DNA from: Synergistales bacterium
GTDB lineage: Bacteria > Synergistota > Synergistia > Synergistales > JAFGMB01
Reading direction: 5' to 3'
Assembly: GCA_963666205.1 (NCBI GenBank)
Contig: OY762654.1
Location: 1,472,001-1,536,000, forward strand
Length of the DNA: 64,000 bases
A program made the position numbers and the translations under genes. The first letter of the stretch is position 1; the number at the start of each line of letters is the position of its first letter. This document shows positions 50,928 through 60,301 of the stretch, piece after piece. The notes under the pieces are model-generated. The model saw nothing but the letters and a program-made list of their open reading frames with translations, searched no databases and had not been told where the DNA came from.

Positions 50928-52106
50928 TGGACCATTCTGGATATAAAAGATGTTGAAAAGGAACCACGTTCCCCTTCTCCTGAAATCTCCGTTGATAAAG
51001 ATTTTCTTTCCCGTAAGGATTGGGGAAAAATTCTTCTCTCTGCATGGGAAAAAACCTTTTCAGGACGCAGGATCAACATAGCTGATGATTTTTTTGACCT
51101 TGTAGGGACCGATTCTGCAGCCGTTCTCGGGATCAGGATGAGGAAACATATGGAAGAGATCTCAGGAAGGGATTTCTACCTTTCTCTTCTTTTTGAAAAT
51201 CCTACAATTGAAAGTCTTTCTTCGGCACTTGAACAACGGCAACAGGGCCCTGAAAAATGGCCAACCCTCGTGAAGATCAAGGATGGAGATGAAGCCTTTC
51301 CTCTCTTCTGCTGCCATCCCATAGAGGGGAATGCCATCTGGTATATGGAAATGGCAAGGGCACTGCCTTCATGGCAAAAGGTATATGGACTGGAAGCACC
51401 TGGTCTGGATAAAGTGCAGTTTCCCCTTTTCACCATGGAGGATCTGGCTGTATTCCATATTAAGGAAATGAAGAAGGTGCAACCCCATGGCCCATATTTT
51501 CTAACCGGTTATTCCTTTGGGGGCCTTTTAGCATTTGAAGTGGCCCGCCAACTTGAATGCTCAGGAGATAATGTAGGGTTACTGGCTATTATTGACCGGT
51601 CAAAACCTGTGGCCGCCCCTAAAATAGCGGGTGGAGCGATCTGTCCTGCTGAATTAGCCTGCGAAAGGGGAACTTCTTTTTCGGACCGCTTCCATTCTCA
51701 CTGGTACTGGACCAATAAATGGATAAGAATGGAGTTCCGGAAATCTCTGGCTTCCTTTATGCGGATTTTTAATCCCAGGATTCCCTTCATGCGAAAAATA
51801 ATGAGGGATGTTTCATATTTTATGATGATGTTATATCAACCAGCTTCTGTTTATAAGGGTGATATTCTCCTGTTACGCCAGGAACCGGAGAAGAGACCCT
51901 CTAACAGACAGGCAGAACGCTATAATCGGGAAGACTACGGATGGAGCGATCATGTCTGTGGCAAAATACAGATAAGGCATATCCCGGGAGAAGATCATCA
52001 GGGTCTTATGAACAGACCCTATGCTGCCGTTATATCTTCAATGATCGAGGAAGCCCTGGAAGACGCCAGAGACAGATATTGCCAAAAGTCAGATCCAAGA
52101 GAATAA
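50928..52106 (+). CDS. Carrier-protein (PCP/ACP)-thioesterase didomain protein; start codon uncertain
   Basis: Frame open from 50928 contains W...DDFFDLVGTDS...LFENPTI; thioesterase GYSFGG and C-terminal His (GEDH). Confidence 0.75.
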   Translation, partial: WTILDIKDVEKEPRSPSPEISVDKDFLSRKDWGKILLSAWEKTFSGRRINIADDFFDLVGTDSAAVLGIRMRKHMEEISGRDFYLSLLFENPTIESLSSALEQRQQGPEKWPTLVKIKDGDEAFPLFCCHPIEGNAIWYMEMARALPSWQKVYGLEAPGLDKVQFPLFTMEDLAVFHIKEMKKVQPHGPYFLTGYSFGGLLAFEVARQLECSGDNVGLLAIIDRSKPVAAPKIAGGAICPAELACERGTSFSDRFHSHWYWTNKWIRMEFRKSLASFMRIFNPRIPFMRKIMRDVSYFMMMLYQPASVYKGDILLLRQEPEKRPSNRQAERYNREDYGWSDHVCGKIQIRHIPGEDHQGLMNRPYAAVISSMIEEALEDARDRYCQKSDPRE

Positions 52107-52179
52107 TTCATTACTCAAAGTGAATAATCAATAATAAAAATAAACAGAAGGGCCGATCTAACCTGGCCTTACTGTAATT

Positions 52180-52470
52180 TTAAGAACATTCCCCACAGGA
52201 GGTACAATCACCCGGACAGCTGGTATGTCCTTCTTCAAGGTCAGCCAGGACAGGAAGATAAAGATCCAGGATCTCCTGGATGTCTCCTGCACATCAGGTC
52301 CCGGAAGGATTCATTACCGGGCAGTTATCTCCGGTACAGGCTCCGGTGATCCTCTTTATATCCTCAAGGGTGCGTGCCCCATCTATGGTTATGGCTGAAA
52401 GGATCTGCATCTTGTTGACATTCTTGCAATAACAGACTGTTGCGGCGCCGCCTTTTTCAAGCCATGACAT
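52180..52470 (-). CDS. BFD-like [2Fe-2S]-binding protein, probable selenoprotein (TGA 52296-52294), 96 aa
   Basis: VCYC...TGAC....C...NPSGT-U-C, then 37 more codons ending CPGDCTSCGECS; SD; SECIS-like hairpin. Confidence 0.8.
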
Positions 52471-52927
52471 TAATGTTTTCCCCCTGTCTTACAGTTCCGT
52501 GTTCATTTATGAATTGCTCTACGGCTGCCCTTATCTGGTCTCTGACGATCCTGGACCTGGCAACCATTTCATCCCATTTCCCTGTGAAGGCTCCTATATC
52601 CTCAAAAGGCCAGTCGATCTTTTCATGCTGCCCCGGGAATATGGGACACCTGGCGGATTTGGCCTCATCACATACAGCTATTACATAATCGTATGTCCTG
52701 CCCTCTTCGAAGAATTCCATTATACCGTTAACTTTGTTAGCGGAAATGTCGACATCGATCTCCTTCATTACTTCCACGGCAAGGGGGTTTACTCCCGGAC
52801 CCGGCTCAAGGCCGGCACTCTCGGCTTCGAAACACTCTCCGCCCAGCATGTTCATGAAAGCTTCACCTATCTGGCTTCGAGCCGAATTCTGTCCACATAT
52901 GAATAATACACGAATTTTATCACTCAT
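52457..52927 (-). CDS. arsC: Arsenate reductase (LMW-PTP fold)
   Basis: CGQNSARS, SAG, VC......CP.FPG, WPFED; AGGAGG SD. Confidence 0.88.
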   Translation of the reverse strand: MSDKIRVLFICGQNSARSQIGEAFMNMLGGECFEAESAGLEPGPGVNPLAVEVMKEIDVDISANKVNGIMEFFEEGRTYDYVIAVCDEAKSARCPIFPGQHEKIDWPFEDIGAFTGKWDEMVARSRIVRDQIRAAVEQFINEHGTVRQGENINVMA

Positions 52928-52979
52928 TCTAACAATCCTCCTGAAGTGTATCAGCTTACCCCAATATATAAGCTTTTTC

Positions 52980-55115
52980 TCAAGCTTGTGTAACAATACC
53001 CATTCTGATAGTCCGGGCAGAGTTCAGAACAGCCAGAAGTGCCACACCAACATCGGCGAACACTGCTTCCCAAAGCCCCGATATGCCGGCCAGGCCAAGA
53101 ATAAGGACTAACCCTTTAACTCCAAGGGCAAGGCTTATATTCTGCCAGACTATCCTCCTGGTCTGCCTGGCTATGGATATAGCATCTGCCACTTCTGAAG
53201 GTCTGTCGCTCAGGATAACCAGGTCAGCTGTTTCAACGGCTGCAGCTGAACCCAGTCCACCCATTGCTACTCCGACATCGGCGGCAGCAAGGGAGGGAGC
53301 ATCATTAATGCCATCCCCTGCAAAGAGGACCTTTCCTCCGATTTTGTTTCGGATGTTCTTTACCTGTTCGACCTTTTCGTGGGGAAGGAGTTCCGCCCTG
53401 TAATCGTCTATTTCCAGAGCTGCAGATACGGTTGTTGCAACTCCATACCTGTCGCCTGTAAGCATCTGTATCGTCCTGATCCCCATCTCTTTCAGTTTTC
53501 TTACCGCAAGGGGAGCATCTTCGCGGATCACATCAGAAACGACAAGGTAACCCTGATATCTATCATCCAGGGCAGCATGTACCACCGTACCTCCTTCTTC
53601 GACATGGGGTACCACTATACCCCTGTTTTCAAGAAGGGCTGCTTTCCCAGCGAGTATGAAATGGCCATTTTCTTCTGCTCGAACACCCTCGCCAGGGATC
53701 TCTTCCATCTCAATATTTATTGATGCCGGTTTCTTACCATAGGCTTTCATTACTGAACGGGCAATAGGGTGATTAGAGTTCATCTCAGCCATTGCTACGG
53801 TTGTCAGAAGCTCCTCGGGAGTCACCCCGGCAACCGGCCGCAGTGAAGTCACGTTAAATACCCCTTCTGTTAAAGTTCCCGTCTTGTCAAAGATAACTGA
53901 AGTCACCTCAGTAAGGGCATCCAGAACGTTACCTCCTTTTACAAGGAGACCATGTCTGGATGCAGCGCCTATTCCTCCGAAGTATCCCAGGGGAATACTT
54001 ACCATAAGGGCACAGGGACAGGATATTATCAGCAACACCAGAGCTCGATATATCCAGGAAGAAAATGAACCATACCCCATAAACGGGGGAAGAAGGGCTA
54101 CAAGAACCGCCAGGGTAACAACCGCAGGTGTATAATAACGGGCAAACTTTGTGATAAACCTTTCAGTGGGGGACTTCTGTGCAACTGCAAATTCGACCAG
54201 TTCAAGGATCCGGGCAATGGCGCTCTCCTTATATGGCGATGTAACCCGGATCTTAAGGACTCCCGTGAGGTTGAGACTTCCTCCATAAAGGGAGTGCCCA
54301 ACGCCTGCTGAGACAGGTACAGGTTCTCCCGTCAGGGGGGATGTATCCACATGGGAAGATCCTGTGAGCACCATTCCATCCAGAGGGATCTTCTCTCCCG
54401 GTTTTACTATCAGCATATCTCCGGGATTAACAGTGTCCGGAGAAACATTTATGATCTGATTCCCTTTGAGAAGGTTTGCGAAGGCCGGTTTTGATGCAAG
54501 CAGTGATTTTATGGATTTTCTGGAATTTGAGGCTGCCACATCCTGAAAGAATTCACCGACCCGGTAAAAGAGCATGACCCCCACGGCCTCTCCGAAGAAC
54601 CCAAGGGCAATAGCCGCAAAAGTGGCAAGGGTCATGAGGAAGAACTCGTCAAAAAGATGTCCCCGAATGACGTTCCTGAAAGCAGATTTAATAACACTCA
54701 GGCCACAGATAAGGTAGGCCGAGAGGAACACGGAATAGTAACCCAGGGAATAAGGAGTGGCTTTCAATTTCTCCCCAAAGACTATCCCTCCCATAAAGAG
54801 CAGCCCTGCAAGAAGGAGTTTCTTTATTTCGGGAAGGTTCTCCCTGTTAAAAATCGCTGACATGATACTCCCTTGCCCGGGAACAGCAGGAGTCATATTC
54901 TCTTCAGTAAGGATCTCCTCCACTTCCACATCCGGCTCTATCTTTTGGATAACCTGCAATATGGTTTCGAGGCCTATCTCTTCCCCATACATATTCAGAA
55001 GGGACTCGTCAAAATCTATGGATACCCCGCTGACACCGGGAAGACTCCCGAGAACCTGTTCCATCGTAGCGGCACAGCCTCGACACCCAAGATTGATCAA
55101 TCGATATTGTTTCAT
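52980..55115 (-). CDS. cadA: Heavy-metal P1B-type ATPase (Cd/Zn/Pb)
   Basis: N-terminal CxxC HMA, TGE, CPC, DKTGT, HP, GDGINDAP. Confidence 0.88.
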   Translation of the reverse strand: MKQYRLINLGCRGCAATMEQVLGSLPGVSGVSIDFDESLLNMYGEEIGLETILQVIQKIEPDVEVEEILTEENMTPAVPGQGSIMSAIFNRENLPEIKKLLLAGLLFMGGIVFGEKLKATPYSLGYYSVFLSAYLICGLSVIKSAFRNVIRGHLFDEFFLMTLATFAAIALGFFGEAVGVMLFYRVGEFFQDVAASNSRKSIKSLLASKPAFANLLKGNQIINVSPDTVNPGDMLIVKPGEKIPLDGMVLTGSSHVDTSPLTGEPVPVSAGVGHSLYGGSLNLTGVLKIRVTSPYKESAIARILELVEFAVAQKSPTERFITKFARYYTPAVVTLAVLVALLPPFMGYGSFSSWIYRALVLLIISCPCALMVSIPLGYFGGIGAASRHGLLVKGGNVLDALTEVTSVIFDKTGTLTEGVFNVTSLRPVAGVTPEELLTTVAMAEMNSNHPIARSVMKAYGKKPASINIEMEEIPGEGVRAEENGHFILAGKAALLENRGIVVPHVEEGGTVVHAALDDRYQGYLVVSDVIREDAPLAVRKLKEMGIRTIQMLTGDRYGVATTVSAALEIDDYRAELLPHEKVEQVKNIRNKIGGKVLFAGDGINDAPSLAAADVGVAMGGLGSAAAVETADLVILSDRPSEVADAISIARQTRRIVWQNISLALGVKGLVLILGLAGISGLWEAVFADVGVALLAVLNSARTIRMGIVTQA

Positions 55116-55161
55116 TTCATTCCTCCGTTACTGAGGATCTTCTGCAATTTCTGTTCAGATA

Positions 55162-56328
55162 TTAACCCGCCATCAGACCGAATATGGTCCCTGCCAGAGT
55201 TGAAAGAACTACCACAAGACTGACATAGACCACGGTTTTTTTCGTTCCGATAACGCTCCTTATGACAAGCATGTTGGGTAGGGAAAGAGCCGGACCGGCC
55301 AGTAGAAGAGCCAATGCCGGCCCTTTACCCATCCCTGCACCAAGAAGACCCTGGAGAATAGGCACCTCCGTAAGAGTTGCAAAATACATGAAAGCACCGG
55401 CAATGGAAGCAAAGAAATTAGAAAAGATCGAATTACCTCCCACAAGGGATGCGACCCACTGGCTTGGGATCAATGCTTCGTGGCCGGGTCTTCCCAGAAG
55501 AAAACCTGCGACCAGAACTCCGCCAAAAAGAAGGGGAAGTACCTGAAGGGCATATCCCCAGGTAGAACTCATCCATTCCTGTCTTTCTTCTTTGGAGAAC
55601 CATATAACTGTTGAAGCCGCTACGGAGACAAGAGCAGCCGCGGCTATATACCACTTAATCGAATAAGCCGCCGCCCAGAAACCCACCGGCACCTTTGGTG
55701 CTGCCCAGTTGGCAAAGACAAGAAAGACAACCATGCTGGCCATGTGCCACACTGTTTTCCAAAGGGGACGGGTATTATCATCTTCTTCGATCCGGGCAAA
55801 ACCTGCCTGACGTTCCCTTTCCTCATGACGGAAGATAAAGGCCATGGATATACCGATGATAACGCTGAAGGCAATAGCCCCCACAGCCCTTGCAATACCC
55901 ATCTCCAGACCGAGGACACGGGCTGTCAGTATTATGGCAAGAACATTTATGGCCGGTCCGGAATAAAGAAAAGCTGAGGCCGGGCCAAGTCCTGCTCCCC
56001 GCATGTAGATACCTGCAAAAAGAGGAAGAACTGTACAGGAGCAGACAGCGAGTATCGTACCTGAGACGGCGGCAACACTGTAGGCGACCATCTTCTTTGC
56101 TCCGGCTCCAAGATACTTCATCACCGACTGTTGACTTACGAATACCGTAATGGCTCCAGCTATGAAAAATGCCGGGACAAGACACAAAAGAACGTGCTGA
56201 CGGGCATACTCGTGAGTCATGGCAAGAGCTTCAAGGGCACCACTGCTTATCCTTGTACTCTCAACGGGAAGAAAATAGAAAAGGGCAAAGAAAAGAAATA
56301 TATACAGGAACTTCTTTCTGTCTTCCAT
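55162..56328 (-). CDS. ArsP/DUF318-family permease
   Basis: AVCSCTVLP, FLYSGPAIN, MYFATLTEVP, GPALSLP. Confidence 0.85.
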   Translation of the reverse strand: MEDRKKFLYIFLFFALFYFLPVESTRISSGALEALAMTHEYARQHVLLCLVPAFFIAGAITVFVSQQSVMKYLGAGAKKMVAYSVAAVSGTILAVCSCTVLPLFAGIYMRGAGLGPASAFLYSGPAINVLAIILTARVLGLEMGIARAVGAIAFSVIIGISMAFIFRHEERERQAGFARIEEDDNTRPLWKTVWHMASMVVFLVFANWAAPKVPVGFWAAAYSIKWYIAAAALVSVAASTVIWFSKEERQEWMSSTWGYALQVLPLLFGGVLVAGFLLGRPGHEALIPSQWVASLVGGNSIFSNFFASIAGAFMYFATLTEVPILQGLLGAGMGKGPALALLLAGPALSLPNMLVIRSVIGTKKTVVYVSLVVVLSTLAGTIFGLMAG

Positions 56329-56446
56329 CTTTGAAAAAACCTCCATTAAGTGAAAATTTATTCACATATATTCTTTAAAACTTCCCCGATGATTCAAATC
56401 CACCGGGGTTTTTATTAACCTGTACAGGCCTGCATAAATGGAGGCA

Positions 56447-56680
56447 CTACTTCGACAGCAATTCCTTCATTCTATCTTCAGTCGGGATTTTCCCGGCCAC
56501 TACCACTTTTCCGTCAATTACAAGACCAGGGGTGGACATTACACCGAACTGCATTATATCCACTATCTCCGTAACTTTCTCAAGTTCATAATCTATACCG
56601 AGATCTTTAGCTGCTTTCTCTGCCACCTCGGCCATTTTCTTACACTTTGCACATCCTGTACCAAGAATCTGTATTTTCAT
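56447..56680 (-). CDS. Small redox-active disulfide protein (thioredoxin-like)
   Basis: MKIQILGTGCAKC...GVMSTPGLVIDG. Confidence 0.88.
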   Translation of the reverse strand: MKIQILGTGCAKCKKMAEVAEKAAKDLGIDYELEKVTEIVDIMQFGVMSTPGLVIDGKVVVAGKIPTEDRMKELLSK

Positions 56681-56796
56681 TTTAAAACCACCTGCCGATT
56701 TTAGATTTGCGATTTTGGATTGAAACCCGGTTAAATTCATAAGATCAAAACAGTTAAAATCCTGTACATTAGAATTTAATATTTAAACTCAAAAAC

Positions 56797-57126
56797 TTAT
56801 TCCTTACTGCTACAGCTGCATGTCAGCAACGAAGTTAGAGGCTCTTCTCCCTGCACCACAAGTTCAACACATTTAAGAAGGGTAGTCAGGCACTTCATTC
56901 TGAGGCTGTAATAAATATGAAGGCCATCCCTTCGGTCATCAAGAATATCAAGATTTTTCATGAGAGTCAGGTGTTTGCTTATGCTGGTCCTGTCAAGGGT
57001 AAACTTCTCGGCTATGTCACAGACACACATTTCGCCGCCTGCAAGAACCTCAACAATTCCAAGACGTACCGGATGGGCCAGTCCCTTAAGTATGGCTGCC
57101 TTTTTTTTCTGTATCTGATCACTCAT
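56797..57126 (-). CDS. ArsR/SmtB family repressor
   Basis: KGLAHPVRL, EMCVC, ISKHL, YYSL. Confidence 0.9.
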   Translation of the reverse strand: MSDQIQKKKAAILKGLAHPVRLGIVEVLAGGEMCVCDIAEKFTLDRTSISKHLTLMKNLDILDDRRDGLHIYYSLRMKCLTTLLKCVELVVQGEEPLTSLLTCSCSSKE

Positions 57127-57352
57127 CCTGATGATCTCACCTCCATTATGTGAATATATTACCACATAGCCATTTATCCTGCAAGAGTGTTAAAAACATT
57201 TCAAGACCCTGTCTATTTTACTTGCTCCAGACCTGAAGAGTTACCTTTGAATTTAGATGGGGGAAGGATTATGTATGTTTTTAAAGGAAGGAATATTAAT
57301 AAAAATACTATATCAAGACCTGACCCTAACTTGACGAACTTAAAATTGAAAG

Positions 57353-57428
57353 TGGTGGATCATACAGGAATCGAACCTGTAACCCCCTGATTAAGAGTCA
57401 GGTGCTCTGCCAATTGAGCTAATGATCC
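57353..57428 (-). tRNA. tRNA-Lys (CTT)
   Basis: 76-nt cloverleaf: GGATCAT/ATGATCC acceptor stem, CCTGA-CT-CTT-AA-TCAGG anticodon arm, GGTTCGATTCC T-loop, encoded CCA. Confidence 0.96.
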
Positions 57429-57567
57429 ACTTTATTCTCTTGAGATGGTTCAATGCAAAGGGAATAATAACAGAAAAAAGGGCTCAGGGAAAGGGGAAAA
57501 CATCTGCAAATCAAAAAAAGACCGAATTTATGATCTCACCCTGAGTCCCTTCTCTTTCCGTTTACAT

Positions 57568-57879
57568 TCAAAGATCCGAAATAAATCTCAGTCGGAGCCT
57601 TCCAGCACCTTCGACGAAAAAAAGGAAATCCCCTTCCTTTCCAGGCCCGATCAGTTCCATATGGGCAGAAACATCCTCATGGATCCAGCATGTGATATTA
57701 TCGGTTGTCTGAAAGGGTTCATAACCCTTGAGTTCTTCAGGTTTTCCCCAGAGGCCCAACGGACCCTTGAAAGCATTTCATCAGCCGGAAATACAGACGC
57801 CCATCCTGATATGAAAATGCCCTCCCTTTGAGGAAACAATACCGAGCCAGTATTTCGAGGTTATCCTTATCTTTTTCAT
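57568..57879 (-). CDS. Small HesB-like / CC-Se-motif-like protein with two adjacent in-frame TGA codons (probable Sec-Sec), 103 aa
   Basis: MKKIRI...KGG...VCISG-U-U-NAFKGP...GKP....Y; SECIS-like hairpin with GTT loop. Confidence 0.65.
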
Positions 57880-57936
57880 GAAATCAACTTTCCATCAGAA
57901 TTTTATTAGTCCTCATAATGGGTAAACCATGAGGTA

Positions 57937-60297
57937 TCAGAATTCAGCCTGCTCGGACCTGGCAATTATCTCTTCCTGATGATCCCTGTCGAGATCGACG
58001 AAATAGTCACTGTACCCCGCCACCCTCACAAGAAGATCCCTGTAGTCCTGGGGATTTACCTGGGCATCTCTCAAAGTTCCGGCATCAACCACGTTGAATT
58101 GCATATGATGACCGTTGAATTTGAAGTATGTCCTTATGAGGTTCATGAATTTGCGGATACCATCTTCTCCCTTAAGGACAGATGGCAGGAACTTCTGGTT
58201 AAGAAGAGTGCCTCCCGTCTTTATCTGGTCCATCTTCCCGAGAGATTTGACAACTGCCGTTGGGCCGTTCCTGTCTGCTCCATGCTCTGGTGAAGTTCCG
58301 TCAGACTCGGGCATGCCTGCCAGCCTTCCGTTGGCGGAAGCTCCAAGCTTCTTCCCGAAATAGATGTGACAGGTGGTAGAAAGCATGTTCAGGTAATATC
58401 GGGTCCCCTTTGTATTGGGTTTACCCTCTATGAACCTGTTGAGAGAGGCAAAGACCCTCTGCATGATCTCATCGGCATGGTCATCGTCATTCCCGAAGAA
58501 GGGGGTGTGGTTGAAGAGGAATTGCCTGAGGTCCTCCCTGCCTTCAAAATTCGAAAGAAGAACATCATTAAGCTCGGGAAGAGTCATCTTATTATCCTGG
58601 AATACATGTTTTTTTATGGCTGAAAGGCTGTCCGTAATAGTACCTATTCCGCAGCACTGGATGTAGTTGGTGTTGTAGCGGGGACCTCCGTTGTAATAGT
58701 CCCTGCCATTCTTTATGCAGTCCTGTATTACTACTGAGAGGAAGGTGGCAGGAACTTCCTTACCATACATCTTCTCGATAATGTTATTCACCTTTATCTT
58801 AAGATCCACTATATATTCAAGCTGTTTCTCGAAGGCATCGTAAAGATCATCGAAGTTTGTGAAAGATCCAGGCTCCCCGGTCATCAGTCCGATCTGCTCA
58901 CCGGTCATGGGATCGACACCATTGTTCATGGCTAGTTCAAAGATCTTGGGTACATTCAGATAGCCCGTAAGTATATAGGCCTCTTTGCCAAAACATCCTG
59001 TTTCGATGCATCCGCTGCATCCGCCACCCCGTGCATCTTCAAGGGATTTTCCCGCCCTGACCTGCTCGGCCACGACCGCATCGGCATTGAAAACCGAAGG
59101 ATATCCGTAACCCTTCCGGATCACTTCGCTCGCCTTTTTCAAAAAATGATCCTGGGTCACCTGACTTATCTGCACATTGACCTGGGGCTGAAGAAGGTGG
59201 ATCTCGTCAAAGGCTTCAAGGAGTATGAAGGAAACCTCGTTTACCCCTGATCTTCCATCCCTGGTGAGCCCTCCCAGGTTTATATTGGTGAAATCGTTAT
59301 AGGTCCCGCTTTCCTGGGCCGTCACCCCCACCTTGGGAGGGGCCGGCTGATTGTTGAACTTTATAAGGAAACATTCAAGGAGTTCCTTTGCCTGTTCACG
59401 GGTCAGGGAACCATCCTCGATCCCCTTCTCGTAAAAGGGTCCCATGTGCTGATCCAGGTGACCCGGGTTCATGGCATCCCAGCCATTGAGCTCAGAAATG
59501 GTACCCAGGTGGACGAACCAGTACATCTGGAGGGCTTCATGCAGGTCCCTGGGGGCATTGGCCGGCACCCACCGGCACACTTCCGCGATCTTCAGGAGTT
59601 CTACTTTCCTTCCAGGATCCTTTTCTGTTTCTGCCATTTCCTCCGCAAGGTCTGCGTGCCTGTTGGCAAAATGGATTGCCGCATCGCAGGATATGAGCAT
59701 GGCCTTCAGCTCTTCTTCCTTGTCAATGGCCTCGGGATCATTAAGATAATCAAGCTTTAAAAGGGCTTCGCTGATCTCTTCCTTGAAATCCAGCATCCCT
59801 TTCTCATAAATGATCCCGTCAAGGGTGGTGTGGCCGGCTGCCCTCTGTTCCATGAACTCAGTGAACATACCAGCCGAATAGGCCCGTTTCCATTCTTCCG
59901 GAACCACCTGAAATATACGATCCCTCATAGTACGTCCATTCCAGTAGGGCAGGACTTCCTTTTCATAGGTCGCGATATCCTTGGGATCCACATCGTAGGA
60001 GGTCATGGGTCTTGAATTCAATACCCTCAAGTCTTCCACGGTATGGCAGTTGAGTTCGGGAAAAGTGGAAACAGCCTTTGGACGTGGCCCCCTCTCACCA
60101 ACGATCACTTCGCCCTCTCCGATATATATGGTCTGTTTCGCCCACAGATTGCTGAAATTAAGGGCTCTCATCACAGGAGCCGAGTACTTGCCTGCATTTT
60201 CCCGATAGAATTCCGTTACAAGCTGTGCTCTTTCGATCGATACAGACGGCTTTGTGTTAAGGCTTTCAGTTCTAAGTTTTTCAACTCTTGGGGTCAT
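57937..60297 (-). CDS. hypD: Glycyl radical enzyme, trans-4-hydroxy-L-proline dehydratase
   Basis: MEQRAAGH, WDA.NPG, ESGTYNDF, SGCIETG, AYILTGY, ML.TTCH, RVAGYS; these match the HypD active-site pattern as I recall it. Confidence 0.85.
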   Translation of the reverse strand: MTPRVEKLRTESLNTKPSVSIERAQLVTEFYRENAGKYSAPVMRALNFSNLWAKQTIYIGEGEVIVGERGPRPKAVSTFPELNCHTVEDLRVLNSRPMTSYDVDPKDIATYEKEVLPYWNGRTMRDRIFQVVPEEWKRAYSAGMFTEFMEQRAAGHTTLDGIIYEKGMLDFKEEISEALLKLDYLNDPEAIDKEEELKAMLISCDAAIHFANRHADLAEEMAETEKDPGRKVELLKIAEVCRWVPANAPRDLHEALQMYWFVHLGTISELNGWDAMNPGHLDQHMGPFYEKGIEDGSLTREQAKELLECFLIKFNNQPAPPKVGVTAQESGTYNDFTNINLGGLTRDGRSGVNEVSFILLEAFDEIHLLQPQVNVQISQVTQDHFLKKASEVIRKGYGYPSVFNADAVVAEQVRAGKSLEDARGGGCSGCIETGCFGKEAYILTGYLNVPKIFELAMNNGVDPMTGEQIGLMTGEPGSFTNFDDLYDAFEKQLEYIVDLKIKVNNIIEKMYGKEVPATFLSVVIQDCIKNGRDYYNGGPRYNTNYIQCCGIGTITDSLSAIKKHVFQDNKMTLPELNDVLLSNFEGREDLRQFLFNHTPFFGNDDDHADEIMQRVFASLNRFIEGKPNTKGTRYYLNMLSTTCHIYFGKKLGASANGRLAGMPESDGTSPEHGADRNGPTAVVKSLGKMDQIKTGGTLLNQKFLPSVLKGEDGIRKFMNLIRTYFKFNGHHMQFNVVDAGTLRDAQVNPQDYRDLLVRVAGYSDYFVDLDRDHQEEIIARSEQAEF

Positions 60298-60301
60298 AAT
60301 T

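Noticed and set aside
50740-51045. 102-aa N-terminal extension of the 499-aa ORF
   Set aside because: Paralog alignment starts at TTG 50739, which has an SD; the extension overlaps the divergent PCP-TE frame.
56681-56740. N-terminal extension FQSKIANLKS of the thioredoxin-like ORF
   Set aside because: It is a translation of the heptamer repeat; the family start MKIQILG is at 56680.
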